Positions 1 through 10,088 of a stretch of 64,000 bases of DNA are shown one piece after another. The position numbers and the translations under genes were made by a program. Each line of letters opens with the position of its first letter. The stretch's first letter is position 1. The notes below the pieces were generated by a model. It was not told the origin of the DNA and did no database searches. It was given only the letters and a program-made list of their open reading frames with translations. The DNA comes from Escherichia coli (GTDB lineage: Bacteria; Pseudomonadota; Gammaproteobacteria; Enterobacterales; Enterobacteriaceae): NCBI RefSeq assembly GCF_003334305.1, contig NZ_QOWS01000019.1, one strand, 5' to 3'.

Positions 1-1
1 T

Positions 2-1546
2 CTGCAGACGGTCTTCGCCGCCAGAGCGGCGGAATCAGTTCAGCATTCGGTGCGCTTGCGCAGCTTCGGCCATATGCTGCGTCTTGGACTCCCCTGGCAT
101 GAAAAGCATGCCGATTCGCGTCTTACCCGCATGACCGTTGATGTGGACTCTCTCGCCCGCTTTCTGCAAAACGGCCTTGCCGGTGCGGCCACCAGTCTGG
201 TGACGATGTTCGCAATCGCCGCCACCATGTTCTGGCTCGACCCGTTCCTGGCGCTGACGGCATTAAGCGCAGTGCCAGTGGCCGCACTGGCAACCATGAT
301 TTATCGCCGCCTCAGTACCCCTGCTTATGCACAGGCACGGCTGGAAATAGGCAAAGTCAACAGCACCCTGCAGGAAAAAGTCTCTGGCCTGCGTGTCGTG
401 CAATCGCATGGTCAGCAGGAACTGGAGGGCGCCCGGCTGCGCGCGTTATCGGAGCGTTTCCGCGCAACCCGTGTGCGAGCACAAAAATACCTTGCAGTCT
501 ATTTTCCGTTCCTGACATTCTGCACCGAGGCCTCCTATGCCGCTGTTCTGTTAGTGGGAGCTTCGCAGGTCGCCGCTGGAGAAATGACTGCCGGGGTACT
601 GGCGGCTTTCTTCCTGTTGCTGGGGCAATTCTATGGGCCAGTGCAGCAGTTATCAGGGATTGTCGACGCCTGGCAGCAGGCGACAGCCAGCGGCAAACAT
701 ATTGATGAACTACTGGCGACAGAAGGCACTGAGAACCTCGGGTCCTCTTCGGTCCTCCCTGTCACCGGTGCACTGCATCTTGATGAGGTCACGTTCAGTT
801 ATCCCGACAGTCACGAGCCAGCTCTGAACAAACTTACCCTGACGATCCCAGAGGGAATGGTTGTCGCGGTCGTCGGTCGCAGCGGTGCGGGTAAGTCGAC
901 GCTGATTAAGCTGATTGCCGGGTTGTATTTCCCCACGCACGGCAACATCAGAATCGGTGTGCAAATGCTCGATGATGCCTCGCTCACTGAGTATCGTCGC
1001 CAGATTGGGCTTGTCGATCAGGATGTAGCACTGTTTAGTAGTGATATTGCAGAAAACATTCGTTATTCACGGCCATCCGCCACCAATGAAGACGTTGAAA
1101 TTGCCTCACAGCGGGCAGGGCTGTATGAGATGGTGTGCAATCTGCCGCAGGGATTCCGGACACCGGTGAATAACGGCGGAGCCGATCTGCCCGCAGGTCA
1201 GCGCCAGTTGATTGCGCTGGCCCGCGCGCAACTGGCGAATGCCCACATCCTGCTGCTCGACGAAGCCACGTCATGTCTGGATCGCACATCCGAAGAACGA
1301 CTGATGTCATCGTTAACAGATGTCGTGCATGCCGGGAAGCACTCGGCGCTGATTGTTGCACATCGTCTGACCACCGCGCAACGCTGCGATCTGATTGCCG
1401 TTATTGATAAGGGGTTACTTGCGGAATACGGAACCCACGAACAGCTGTTATCTGCGGGCGGCCTCTATACCCGCTTATGGCATGACAGCGTCAGCAGTAC
1501 TGCTCTCCATCGCCAGCACAACATGAAGGAGGAAACCCCGGGATAG
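2..1546 (+). CDS. iroC: Salmochelin/enterobactin ABC exporter IroC, C-terminal part (5' end lies outside the window)
   Basis: Open frame runs from the window edge with no upstream stop; translation shows a membrane domain followed by an ABC nucleotide-binding domain (Walker A GRSGAGKST, Walker B ILLLDEAT); sits immediately upstream of iroD-iroE with convergent iroN. Confidence 0.8.
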   Translation: MQTVFAARAAESVQHSVRLRSFGHMLRLGLPWHEKHADSRLTRMTVDVDSLARFLQNGLAGAATSLVTMFAIAATMFWLDPFLALTALSAVPVAALATMIYRRLSTPAYAQARLEIGKVNSTLQEKVSGLRVVQSHGQQELEGARLRALSERFRATRVRAQKYLAVYFPFLTFCTEASYAAVLLVGASQVAAGEMTAGVLAAFFLLLGQFYGPVQQLSGIVDAWQQATASGKHIDELLATEGTENLGSSSVLPVTGALHLDEVTFSYPDSHEPALNKLTLTIPEGMVVAVVGRSGAGKSTLIKLIAGLYFPTHGNIRIGVQMLDDASLTEYRRQIGLVDQDVALFSSDIAENIRYSRPSATNEDVEIASQRAGLYEMVCNLPQGFRTPVNNGGADLPAGQRQLIALARAQLANAHILLLDEATSCLDRTSEERLMSSLTDVVHAGKHSALIVAHRLTTAQRCDLIAVIDKGLLAEYGTHEQLLSAGGLYTRLWHDSVSSTALHRQHNMKEETPG

Positions 1547-1649
1547 TTACTGGACACGTAATGTATTAAAAACACAGTCAGAAGCGGCGGTACCGTGAAT
1601 AGCCGCTTTAATTATTTATACTGACATCCTTAATTTTTAAAGAGTATGA

Positions 1650-2879
1650 ATGCTGAACATGCAACAACATCTCTCTGCTATCGCCAGCCTGCGCAACCAA
1701 CTGGCAGCGGGCCACATTGCTAACCTTACTGACTTCTGGCGCGAAGCTGAGTCGCTGAATGTTCCTCTTGTGACGCCAGTCGAAGGAGCGGAAGATGAGC
1801 GAGAAGTGACCTTTCTGTGGCGCGCCCGACATCCTCTGCAGGGCGTTTATCTGCGTCTGAACCGGGTGACGGATAAAGAGCACGTAGAAAAAGGAATGAT
1901 GAGCGCCCTTCCCGAAACGGATATCTGGACACTGACACTGCGTTTACCCGCAAGTTACTGCGGCTCCTATTCGCTGCTGGAAATCCCCCCCGGCACTACG
2001 GCTGAGACGATTGCACTGTCCGGAGGCCGTTTTGCCACCCTTGCCGGAAAGGCCGATCCGCTAAACAAAATGCCGGAGATCAACGTTCGGGGAAACGCAA
2101 AGGAATCAGTGCTGACACTTGATAAAGCTCCCGCCCTGTCGGAATGGAACGGCGGCTTCCACACCGGACAACTGCTTACCTCCATGCGCATTATCGCCGG
2201 GAAATCTCGCCAGGTTCGGCTCTATATTCCGGATGTTGATATTTCTCAGCCCCTCGGGCTGGTCGTGCTGCCCGATGGTGAAACCTGGTTTGATCACCTT
2301 GGCGTATGCGCGGCAATTGACGCCGCCATAAATAATGGGCGCATCGTGCCCGTGGCTGTACTGGGCATTGACAACATTAATGAACATGAACGCACTGAGA
2401 TACTCGGCGGGCGCAGCAAACTGATAAAGGATATCGCCGGACATCTGCTGCCGATGATTCGCGCTGAACAACCGCAGCGTCAGTGGGCAGACCGTTCGCG
2501 CACAGTGCTGGCCGGGCAGAGCCTCGGCGGGATCAGTGCGCTAATGGGGGCTCGTTACGCACCGGAAACGTTCGGTCTGGTGCTCAGCCACTCTCCTTCA
2601 ATGTGGTGGACGCCAGAAAGAACCAGTCGACCAGGCTTGTTCAGCGAAACCGATACCTCATGGGTGAGTGAGCATCTGCTTTCTGCCCCACCGCAGGGCG
2701 TACGTATCAGCCTGTGCGTGGGATCGCTGGAAGGTTCGACAGTGCCTCACGTTCAGCAGCTTCACCAGCGGCTGATTACCGCTGGCGTCGAAAGCCATTG
2801 CGCAATCTACACCGGTGGTCACGATTACGCATGGTGGCGCGGTGCACTGATTGACGGGATTGGTTTACTACAGGGTTGA
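1650..2879 (+). CDS. iroD: Salmochelin esterase IroD (Fes-like enterochelin esterase)
   Basis: 409-aa ORF with esterase serine motif GQSLGG; position between iroC and iroE matches the iroBCDE operon. Confidence 0.85.
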   Translation: MLNMQQHLSAIASLRNQLAAGHIANLTDFWREAESLNVPLVTPVEGAEDEREVTFLWRARHPLQGVYLRLNRVTDKEHVEKGMMSALPETDIWTLTLRLPASYCGSYSLLEIPPGTTAETIALSGGRFATLAGKADPLNKMPEINVRGNAKESVLTLDKAPALSEWNGGFHTGQLLTSMRIIAGKSRQVRLYIPDVDISQPLGLVVLPDGETWFDHLGVCAAIDAAINNGRIVPVAVLGIDNINEHERTEILGGRSKLIKDIAGHLLPMIRAEQPQRQWADRSRTVLAGQSLGGISALMGARYAPETFGLVLSHSPSMWWTPERTSRPGLFSETDTSWVSEHLLSAPPQGVRISLCVGSLEGSTVPHVQQLHQRLITAGVESHCAIYTGGHDYAWWRGALIDGIGLLQG

Positions 2880-2963
2880 GTTGACCCACAAACACTTTCA
2901 GGAAACGGTACAGACTTCCTGAATAAATCAAATAGTCACCTGCGGAAAAGGAATAATCATCAG

Positions 2964-3920
2964 ATGTATGCCCGCGAGTATCGCTCAACACGCCCGCATA
3001 AAGCGATTTTCTTTCATCTTTCTTGCCTCACCCTTATCTGTAGTGCGCAAGTTTATGCGAAGCCGGATATGCGGCCACTGGGGCCGAATATAGCCGATAA
3101 AGGCTCCGTGTTTTACCATTTCAGCGTCACCTCTTTCGACTCTGTCGATGGCACACGCCATTATCGGGTATGGACGGCCGTGCCGAATACAACCGCACCG
3201 GCATCGGGTTACCCGATTTTATATATGCTTGACGGTAACGCAGTTATGGATCGCCTGGATGACGAACTGCTCAAACAATTGTCAGAAAAAACACCGCCAG
3301 TGATCGTGGCTGTCGGGTATCAGACCAACCTCCCTTTCGATCTCAACAGCAGGGCTTACGACTATACGCCAGCAGCAGAAAGCAGAAAAACAGATCTCCA
3401 CTCAGGGCGTTTTAGCCGTAAGAGTGGTGGCAGCAACAACTTCCGCCAGTTACTGGAAACGCGTATTGCCCCAAAAGTGGAACAGGGACTGAATATCGAT
3501 CGGCAACGCCGCGGCTTATGGGGGCACTCCTACGGCGGCCTCTTCGTGCTGGATTCCTGGCTGTCCTCCTCTTACTTCCGGTCGTACTACAGCGCCAGCC
3601 CGTCGTTGGGCAGAGGTTATGATGCTTTGCTAAGCCGCGTTACGGCGGTTGAGCCTCTGCAATTCTGCGCCAAACACCTGGCGATAATGGAAGGCTCGGC
3701 GACACAGGGTGATAACCGGGAAACGCATGCTGTCGGGGTGCTGTCGAAAATTCATACCACCCTCACTATACTGAAAGATAAAGGCGTCAATGCCGTATTT
3801 TGGGATTTCCCCAACCTAGGACACGGGCCGATGTTCAATGCCTCCTTTCGCCAGGCACTGTTAGATATCAGTGGTGAAAACGCAAATTACACAGCAGGTT
3901 GTCATGAGTTAAGCCACTAA
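2964..3920 (+). CDS. iroE: Periplasmic salmochelin esterase IroE
   Basis: 318-aa ORF with hydrophobic N-terminus and GHSYGG esterase motif; last gene of the iroBCDE operon. Confidence 0.8.
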   Translation: MYAREYRSTRPHKAIFFHLSCLTLICSAQVYAKPDMRPLGPNIADKGSVFYHFSVTSFDSVDGTRHYRVWTAVPNTTAPASGYPILYMLDGNAVMDRLDDELLKQLSEKTPPVIVAVGYQTNLPFDLNSRAYDYTPAAESRKTDLHSGRFSRKSGGSNNFRQLLETRIAPKVEQGLNIDRQRRGLWGHSYGGLFVLDSWLSSSYFRSYYSASPSLGRGYDALLSRVTAVEPLQFCAKHLAIMEGSATQGDNRETHAVGVLSKIHTTLTILKDKGVNAVFWDFPNLGHGPMFNASFRQALLDISGENANYTAGCHELSH

Positions 3921-3923
3921 ACA

Positions 3924-3945
3924 CTGCCCGCTTTTACGCGGGCAG
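3924..3945. terminator. Hairpin between convergent iroE and iroN (likely bidirectional terminator)
   Basis: Inverted repeat ctgcccgc-ttttac-gcgggcag lying between the stop codons of the two convergent genes. Confidence 0.5.
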
Positions 3946-3964
3946 TACGCCTGAAACACTACGA

Positions 3965-6142
3965 TCAGAATGATGCGGTAACTCCGGCATAGTAAGCCCG
4001 GCCTGGCTCGTTATAGGTATTCGCCCCTTCAGAAGATCGGAAGATCTGTTTATTGAGGATATTACTGACGCCGACATTAAGACGCAGATTTTTATTAATA
4101 TCGTAATTGAAGTTCGTCCCCACCAGTGAATAAGCGCCCAGCTCTTTACCTGACAGACCGCCAGTATCTTCACTGCGGGTTTCCGCATGAGTACGCGGTT
4201 TTTGTCTGCCATATAACGTCCAGTTGACGCTGGCAGAAAACGCCTGGGTGATGGTCCAGTTAAGCGAGTTATTGATAGTATATTTCGGGATGACCGACAG
4301 AGGATTACCGGTGTCTTTTTGCTCCGAAGTGATCATCCATGTGGCATTGGTATTCCAGTTCAGACGATCTTTCACCAGTGGGAAAGACATACTGGCTTCG
4401 ATACCGTCCACCAGAGCTTTCCCGCCATTCTGCCACTTGAGGATATATGCGCCTGAAGCGGTTTGCCCGATAACGTTATCCCCGGCCACGATCTTATTCT
4501 GGTAATCATTGCGGAAGTAGGTCACACTTGCGTGGTAATCTTCCCAGGTGAACTCCAGCCCAATTTCTTTATTGACGCTGATTTCCGGATCGAGATCTTT
4601 ATTACCGATCAGGTAGCACCCGCCTGATGTAATATCTTTTGGACAGCCATTGCCTTTCGAGTAGAGCAGATAGCCTTCACTGGATTGATACAGGTTTGGG
4701 GCTTTAAAGGTTCGGGCAACCCCTGCTTTGACTTTGAAATAATCGCCCAATTCCTGCGAAAGATTCAGACTGGGGCTGAAGTTCCCGCCGGAGTCGCTGA
4801 GATAATCAAAGCGCAGGCCGGGAATGATATTCGTGCCAGGAACCGGCTCAATGTTATCTTCAATATACAGCGCACTGATTTGAGAATGATTTTTACTGCT
4901 GCGATCCGCAGCAGAGCCAGAAATACCGCTGATATCACTGTCATTCACCGTCAGGCTGGTAGAGGAAGGATCATCGAGCTTATCGCGGTTCCACTCTGCA
5001 CCAACGGTCAGCGTTTGATCAACCATCACATTCAAAGGAATATTAAGCTCGCCGCTGGTTCGCCAGGAACTCAGGCGATTGGTCGTAAACTTTTCACCCG
5101 CTAAAATACGCCCTTCACCACCGCCGGATAATCCTTCATTCATGCGGGTATTATTGGTTTTCTCGTAATAAACACCAAAGCGACTTTGTCCCCAGTCCCA
5201 GATACCATTATGCGTAATGCCATAATTCTGTCGGTACAGGCGGTTCGTCTCTTTGCCGGATTTTGCCAGGCTTTCGGTAACTGCACTGGAAGAACTGTTT
5301 TGCGTATCGCCCGCATAGATATTCCCCTGGCGGCTATATCCGGCTTCGAAATCGAGAATCTGCTGCGGATTTAATTTCCACGAGACAACGCCGTTAATAT
5401 CTTTGTTACGTACCCCTTCATGCCCGGCTGCGTTTTTCGTACCGACCGGAGAATTAATATCCCAACTGTCAGCATCCGTTTTATTCAGGTTACCATACAA
5501 ACGCGTGGTAAGAGCATTACCAGCCAGAGGCCCACTAAGGCTGAAATTGGCGCGACGCGTAGCGCCCTCATCGCTACTTTCCGGCTGATTGGTGTATAAC
5601 GACAGCGAACCGTGCCAGTCGTTGGTGGGACGTTTGGTAATGATGTTCACCACCCCCCCGGCTGCCCCCGAACCGTAGCGCGCCGCCGCAGGGCCGCGGA
5701 TCACTTCAATACGCTCAACCTGTTCCGGTGGCACCCAGTTGGTGTCACCGCGGGTATCACGCTCTCCACGCCAGCTATAACGCACGGAGTTACGTGACGT
5801 CACCGGTACACCATCAATTAAAATTAAGGTGTTTTCCGGCCCCATACCACGAATATCGATCTGGCGGTTGTTACCGCGTGTGCCCGAGGCGCTATTGCCG
5901 GTAAGATTGACGCCAGGCATTTTACGAATAATATCTGAAAGGTCGTTTACCGGAGGGGTCTTTTTAATATCCTCGCTGGTAATAACCGACACGCCCGGCT
6001 GCTGTTTTAATACCTGCTCAGCGGTGGCTTCCACCACCAGAGTCTCGTCATTATCATCGTCGGAGGATTTGGCTACTGATACCTGGCTATTCAACCCAAC
6101 CAGGAGCACAGTTAGCGACCAGAGGATTTTGTTAATTCTCAT
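3965..6142 (-). CDS. iroN: TonB-dependent salmochelin outer-membrane receptor IroN
   Basis: 725-aa ORF with signal peptide, TonB-box-like N-terminus and C-terminal beta-barrel ending in an aromatic residue; convergent with iroBCDE as in known iro loci. Confidence 0.9.
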   Translation of the reverse strand: MRINKILWSLTVLLVGLNSQVSVAKSSDDDNDETLVVEATAEQVLKQQPGVSVITSEDIKKTPPVNDLSDIIRKMPGVNLTGNSASGTRGNNRQIDIRGMGPENTLILIDGVPVTSRNSVRYSWRGERDTRGDTNWVPPEQVERIEVIRGPAAARYGSGAAGGVVNIITKRPTNDWHGSLSLYTNQPESSDEGATRRANFSLSGPLAGNALTTRLYGNLNKTDADSWDINSPVGTKNAAGHEGVRNKDINGVVSWKLNPQQILDFEAGYSRQGNIYAGDTQNSSSSAVTESLAKSGKETNRLYRQNYGITHNGIWDWGQSRFGVYYEKTNNTRMNEGLSGGGEGRILAGEKFTTNRLSSWRTSGELNIPLNVMVDQTLTVGAEWNRDKLDDPSSTSLTVNDSDISGISGSAADRSSKNHSQISALYIEDNIEPVPGTNIIPGLRFDYLSDSGGNFSPSLNLSQELGDYFKVKAGVARTFKAPNLYQSSEGYLLYSKGNGCPKDITSGGCYLIGNKDLDPEISVNKEIGLEFTWEDYHASVTYFRNDYQNKIVAGDNVIGQTASGAYILKWQNGGKALVDGIEASMSFPLVKDRLNWNTNATWMITSEQKDTGNPLSVIPKYTINNSLNWTITQAFSASVNWTLYGRQKPRTHAETRSEDTGGLSGKELGAYSLVGTNFNYDINKNLRLNVGVSNILNKQIFRSSEGANTYNEPGRAYYAGVTASF

Positions 6143-6237
6143 ACCTATTCCCTAATAAATGCCTAACTTAAAATGTTTGATCGTTAAGCTCACATCCTTG
6201 CCAGATATTTTTTACTGCCATTATTGTTTTTATATAA

Positions 6238-6259
6238 GAATGATAATTAATATCATTTA
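6238..6259. promoter_or_regulatory. Candidate Fur box in the iroN promoter region
   Basis: Sequence tgataattaatatcattta, made of GATAAT-like hexamers, about 100 bp upstream of the iroN start; about six mismatches to the 19-bp Fur consensus. Confidence 0.4.
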
Positions 6260-6996
6260 GCAAAAAAAAAAGCAATCCCTCACAAGATAAATATATCGAT
6301 TTTTCATAAATATCAAATTGATATATAACATATGTTTTTTATTTCATTGCACTTGTCGATCATCGGGAATTTTGTCACAATTTCTCACGGATAGTGTTCA
6401 CATTGTTTCTGACCTGCATTTCAGGCGCGGGCGCTGCTTATGTATATAAGGGCCTGTGGTCGACGAATCAGCATAATCAGATCTTCCTGCGAGCAATTTC
6501 TTTCAGCGTATCAGGCAGCACTATCGGATTATCTACGTGCGTTTTTGATTCACATTGTGTGTGAAACTTCATACATCATGATTCGCTTTCCCTACTCAGT
6601 TCTGATGATTGTTTTTTATTCTATTAACACGGAGTTAAGATTCTACCCTCGGTGTCCTCATTATTAATGAGGAATGCTACCTATCTAAAAACTGACCGAA
6701 ACTTTGGGGCATCCCTGGAGGTTTCCAAGGAGAAAAAGGTGACAGTGATAGTGCCACATTGTGAGGAAATTCCTGAGAAACTCCTGGTTCACACACATAA
6801 TTCAGGAGTTTGCCATAGATAGTAACCAATTGTTTTATATTTTAAGACCATTAAATACGCGGCTACGATAGCGCTTTATATAATCATAAACTGTAGAGAT
6901 AAAATATCTGCTTCTCTGATAACACTAATTGAGTGTCTTAAACTAAGTAATTTCATTTTTCCCCCTTTAAAAGCAATATATGTGCAATAGTTGAAG

Positions 6997-8031
6997 TTAA
7001 AGCTGTGCTGCCAGAGTTGATAATAATTGTTCTGTCTGTTGCCATGATATGCATTCATCAGTAACAGACTGACCATACTCTAGCGGAAAACTATCGGATT
7101 GTTTTCCATCTTGTAAAAAGCTTTCCACCATAATGCCAGCTACATATCCTGGTATTTTTTTCCGATTATCTATAACTTGACGTGCAACGGAAATTTGCCG
7201 TTTAGCCACTTTACCGCTATTACCATGGCTACAATCAATTATCAGACGATGGTTAATACCCTCATCATGCATTAATTTCACTGCCTTAGTTATATCAGAC
7301 AAACCATAGTTAGGTTCTCTACCTCCACGTAATATTAGATGTCCATGTGGATTGCCATCGGTTAATAGTGTAGATATACTATTTGTTAAAGATGTCATAT
7401 ATACAATATGTTGTTCACGGGCTGCAATAATAGCGTCAATAGCTAAGTTAATATTTCCATCAGTACTGTTTTTAAATCCAACTGGACAATGTAAACCAGA
7501 CGCAAGTTGACGATGCGTTTGTGATTCAGTGGTTCTGGCACCAATAGCACCCCAACATATTAAATCAGCAATATAGGGAGTAAGAAAAGGATCGAGGAAT
7601 TCTGTAGCGGTTGCGACACGCATCGTTGTGATTGAAGCCAAACACTGGCGAGCATATCGTATCCCTTTCTCAACATCATAACTTCCATTTAGATCAGGAT
7701 CGTGCATTATTCCCTTCCAGCCTTTACGGGTTCGAGGTTTCTCAAAATAAGTGCGCATTACAATGTACATTTTCGATAAGTACTTATTCTGTAATACGAA
7801 CAATCGCTTCGCATAATCAACTGCGGCCTGAACGTCATGGATTGAGCATGGACCAACAATCACAAGTAAGCGAGGATCTTTTCCCAGCAAAATATTCGCT
7901 ATAATATCTCGTTGCAGAGAGATCCATGTTACGGTTTCTTCCGATACTGCGATTTCTTTATGAATCTCGCCCACAGTGGGTAAACTGCCAAGCAACTTCC
8001 CGCGGTAGATTAATTTACTAGCTGACTGCAT
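6997..8031 (-). CDS. Class I 3-deoxy-7-phosphoheptulonate (DAHP) synthase, AroF/AroG/AroH family
   Basis: 344-aa ORF aligning by eye along its length with E. coli AroG (IVGPCSIHD, YFEKPRT..GWKG, WGAIGARTTESQ.HR.LASGL, GFKN.TDG, ILRGG.EPNY); AGGAGA ribosome-binding site 4 nt before the ATG. Confidence 0.85.
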   Translation of the reverse strand: MQSASKLIYRGKLLGSLPTVGEIHKEIAVSEETVTWISLQRDIIANILLGKDPRLLVIVGPCSIHDVQAAVDYAKRLFVLQNKYLSKMYIVMRTYFEKPRTRKGWKGIMHDPDLNGSYDVEKGIRYARQCLASITTMRVATATEFLDPFLTPYIADLICWGAIGARTTESQTHRQLASGLHCPVGFKNSTDGNINLAIDAIIAAREQHIVYMTSLTNSISTLLTDGNPHGHLILRGGREPNYGLSDITKAVKLMHDEGINHRLIIDCSHGNSGKVAKRQISVARQVIDNRKKIPGYVAGIMVESFLQDGKQSDSFPLEYGQSVTDECISWQQTEQLLSTLAAQL

Positions 8032-8080
8032 CTTGTCTCCTAAAAGCGCTATTTCAGACCATCAGTTGCACACAGTAGAT

Positions 8081-8099
8081 GATAATGATAATCATTTAC
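8081..8099. promoter_or_regulatory. Fur box upstream of the DAHP synthase gene
   Basis: gataatgataatcatttac matches the Fur consensus GATAATGATAATCATTATC at 17 of 19 positions; about 50 bp upstream of the start codon at 8031. Confidence 0.6.
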
Positions 8100-8244
8100 T
8101 GTATAATTGGCAATATATGGGGATTCATAGTCATTTCTGAGATAATATACGTTAGGCCTTCTCTCCCGTACGGAAATCACTTGTTTTCCGTAAATTACCT
8201 GAATCTTAATCCCTGAGCTGCGGCTAGCTGTGGAACTCACAAAA

Positions 8245-8590
8245 GCTGACCGGGCCGTGGCACAGCCTCTCTGCTGGCAGAACAGCGTACTGCAGAAGTC
8301 GTCGTACTGCCGCTGGTCCCGGCATCAGGTCTGCCCGCAGATGGCACTTCTGCCACTGATCTGCCGGTGGAGCTGAACGGCATGACATATCAGGCCTGCC
8401 GTGGGGATTTTGTGGTGCGCCTCGACGGCAGCACCTGTCTGCAGTTATAGAATAAAGAAGGCGGGGAGGTACGCAGGGAGGGCGATCCGCTGGAAGTGGC
8501 GTAGTGGCTGTAGGCCTGTAATGATGCAGGAATAGAAGTTCGTGTACAGGTTAATGAAAGCATCACCCCGTAAAAACATGCCGGCACGGT
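8245..8590 (+). pseudogene. Pseudogene: 3' portion of the 196-aa backbone gene at 16644-17234, interrupted by stop codons
   Basis: Homologous to 16890-17234 but with CAG-to-TAG and TGG-to-TAG changes and a 20-bp deletion. Confidence 0.6.
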
Positions 8591-8899
8591 TTACACATCA
8601 TTCCATGGTGGCAGCCGGTTAACTTTCCTGCGCCACCAGTGGAAAGAGGCCATGAGCAGTCCGAACAAAAAACCACTCGTGATACTTATAATAATGGCCT
8701 CACCTGCTACCATTCCTGACGGCCCCCAGTACATAAACCACATTGCACATCCCCAGGAAATACCCCATAAGCCCCCCATCAGCAGCGTAACCTGCCAGAA
8801 CGGCATAAAGGGCAATGGCGGAAGCCGGATACCCAGCCGCCAGAGAATACGCAGCAGAGGAGGAGCATAATTACTCCGCCACATCTTTTTGCTGTCCAT
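8591..8899 (-). CDS. Small membrane protein of unknown function (longer paralogue of 17254-17472)
   Basis: 102-aa ORF with two hydrophobic segments; N- and C-termini nearly identical to the 73-aa paralogue but with about 30 extra internal residues. Confidence 0.45.
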   Translation of the reverse strand: MDSKKMWRSNYAPPLLRILWRLGIRLPPLPFMPFWQVTLLMGGLWGISWGCAMWFMYWGPSGMVAGEAIIISITSGFLFGLLMASFHWWRRKVNRLPPWNDV

Positions 8900-8997
8900 C
8901 AGGGCAATTGCCCGGGCTTTTTTTGCTCAAAAGTCACAGGAGCACCTCCGTTCCATGATGTAAACGTGACACAACTTATTGTTATTGATTATTATTA

Positions 8998-9440
8998 TCA
9001 TACCGTGATTATGTTGTCATGCACCTGTACACTGATAAAAGAAAGGGAGAACAGGAGGCTGGCTGAACAACCAATCCGTTCGTCCAGTTCAATGGCGGCT
9101 ATCAGGTTCTGCTCCGCAATGTACTCACGAATGCGCTTCCTGTCCTGGCTGGCCAGCATGGTCCAGAATATCTCCATCATTTACCGGCGACTTTCCTGCT
9201 CATTTCATCCCGCCATGCAGCAGCGGAAGATTCGACCATGTCATGGGGAAGCACATCGCCGCGCTCGAGTTGCTGACGTCCTGCCTCAACCTGGTCACGG
9301 AACCAGGTATTATGCTGCCGTTCCACGGTCTGGCGCATAAAATCCCGGATTAACTGAGAGCCATTACGGTCCATGCTTTTTGCAGGGCCATAAAAGCATC
9401 CTTCAGTTCAGCGTCAATTCTTAAACTCATATTAACCTGT
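8998..9440 (-). pseudogene. Remnant toxin-antitoxin module: truncated ParE/RelE-like toxin and frameshifted RHH antitoxin
   Basis: Toxin frame matches the first ~38 residues of the intact 93-aa toxin at 20957-21238 then diverges at the deletion join; the antitoxin frame lacks one base (gcagggccat versus gcagcggccat in the intact copy). Confidence 0.6.
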
Positions 9441-9509
9441 GCCATTTATCACCCCGTCATTACCACGTATATACACAGTATATAACGATTCAGATATCGT
9501 CACTAGGAT

Positions 9510-9600
9510 ATGCCGCGCCAGCGGCATGGAAGGCGGCACTCCGCTGTTTCATATGATACCGCCGAAGCCCGATGTAAGCCGCTACAGTCGTCCGAAAGTC
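9510..9600 (+). repeat. Conserved hairpin module, copy 1 of 3 (candidate single-strand initiation site)
   Basis: atgccgcgccagcggcatggaaggc ... catatga ... gccgaagccc; the same module recurs at 21569 and 57311. Confidence 0.5.
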
Positions 9601-9735
9601 ACCAGCCTCCTCCCCCCTGCCGTCATCCGTGCATCAGCTATGCACTGAGTATGCCTGCCCTTCCCTAGAGAATCCTGCTAGGCTTGCCACACTGATATAT
9701 CTTGACTTTATGTAAACGATATGACACTTTAACAT

Positions 9736-9754
9736 GATAATGATTACCATTCTC
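9736..9754. promoter_or_regulatory. Fur-box-like sequence upstream of cvaA
   Basis: gataatgattaccattctc, about 16 of 19 matches to the Fur consensus; it lies ~300 bp upstream of cvaA, so the link to that promoter is uncertain. Confidence 0.3.
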
Positions 9755-10088
9755 TTTTAATATACAGAGAAACTAGGAAATAGATGAATGAGTTATGTTA
9801 CTTTAATATTCTCTGACAATAACCTAAATCAGTTAGATTATTGTCATTTAATAAATAATGACATTCTTTCATCATAAATAAAAAGACTATTGTTTATAAT
9901 ATTGTTCTCAGCATTATATGATTATTTATCCTGATAACTCTCCTATGCTGTATGTTTATATGATTTTCCTTGAAACATATAATGCAAATTTTCGATTTAT
10001 TTTCCATCATTAATCCAGATAAACAACAAACTAATAGTATGCAAGGAGACATTATTTGTTTCGCCAGGATGCTTTAGAAAACAGAAAA

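Larger units (their letters stand above)
8245..9600. repeat. Decayed direct-repeat copy (copy A) of the backbone segments found intact at 16890-17625 and 21112-21660
   Basis: Read by eye: long runs identical to the later copy with scattered substitutions and small indels; relative to copy B it lacks the ~3.5-kb colicin Ia/exonuclease block, with the join near 9050. Confidence 0.75.

Noticed and set aside
8049-8240. 63-codon minus-strand ORF upstream of the DAHP synthase gene
   Set aside because: It spans the promoter and Fur box of the DAHP synthase gene and the edge of the repeat copy; AT-rich with no coding signal.
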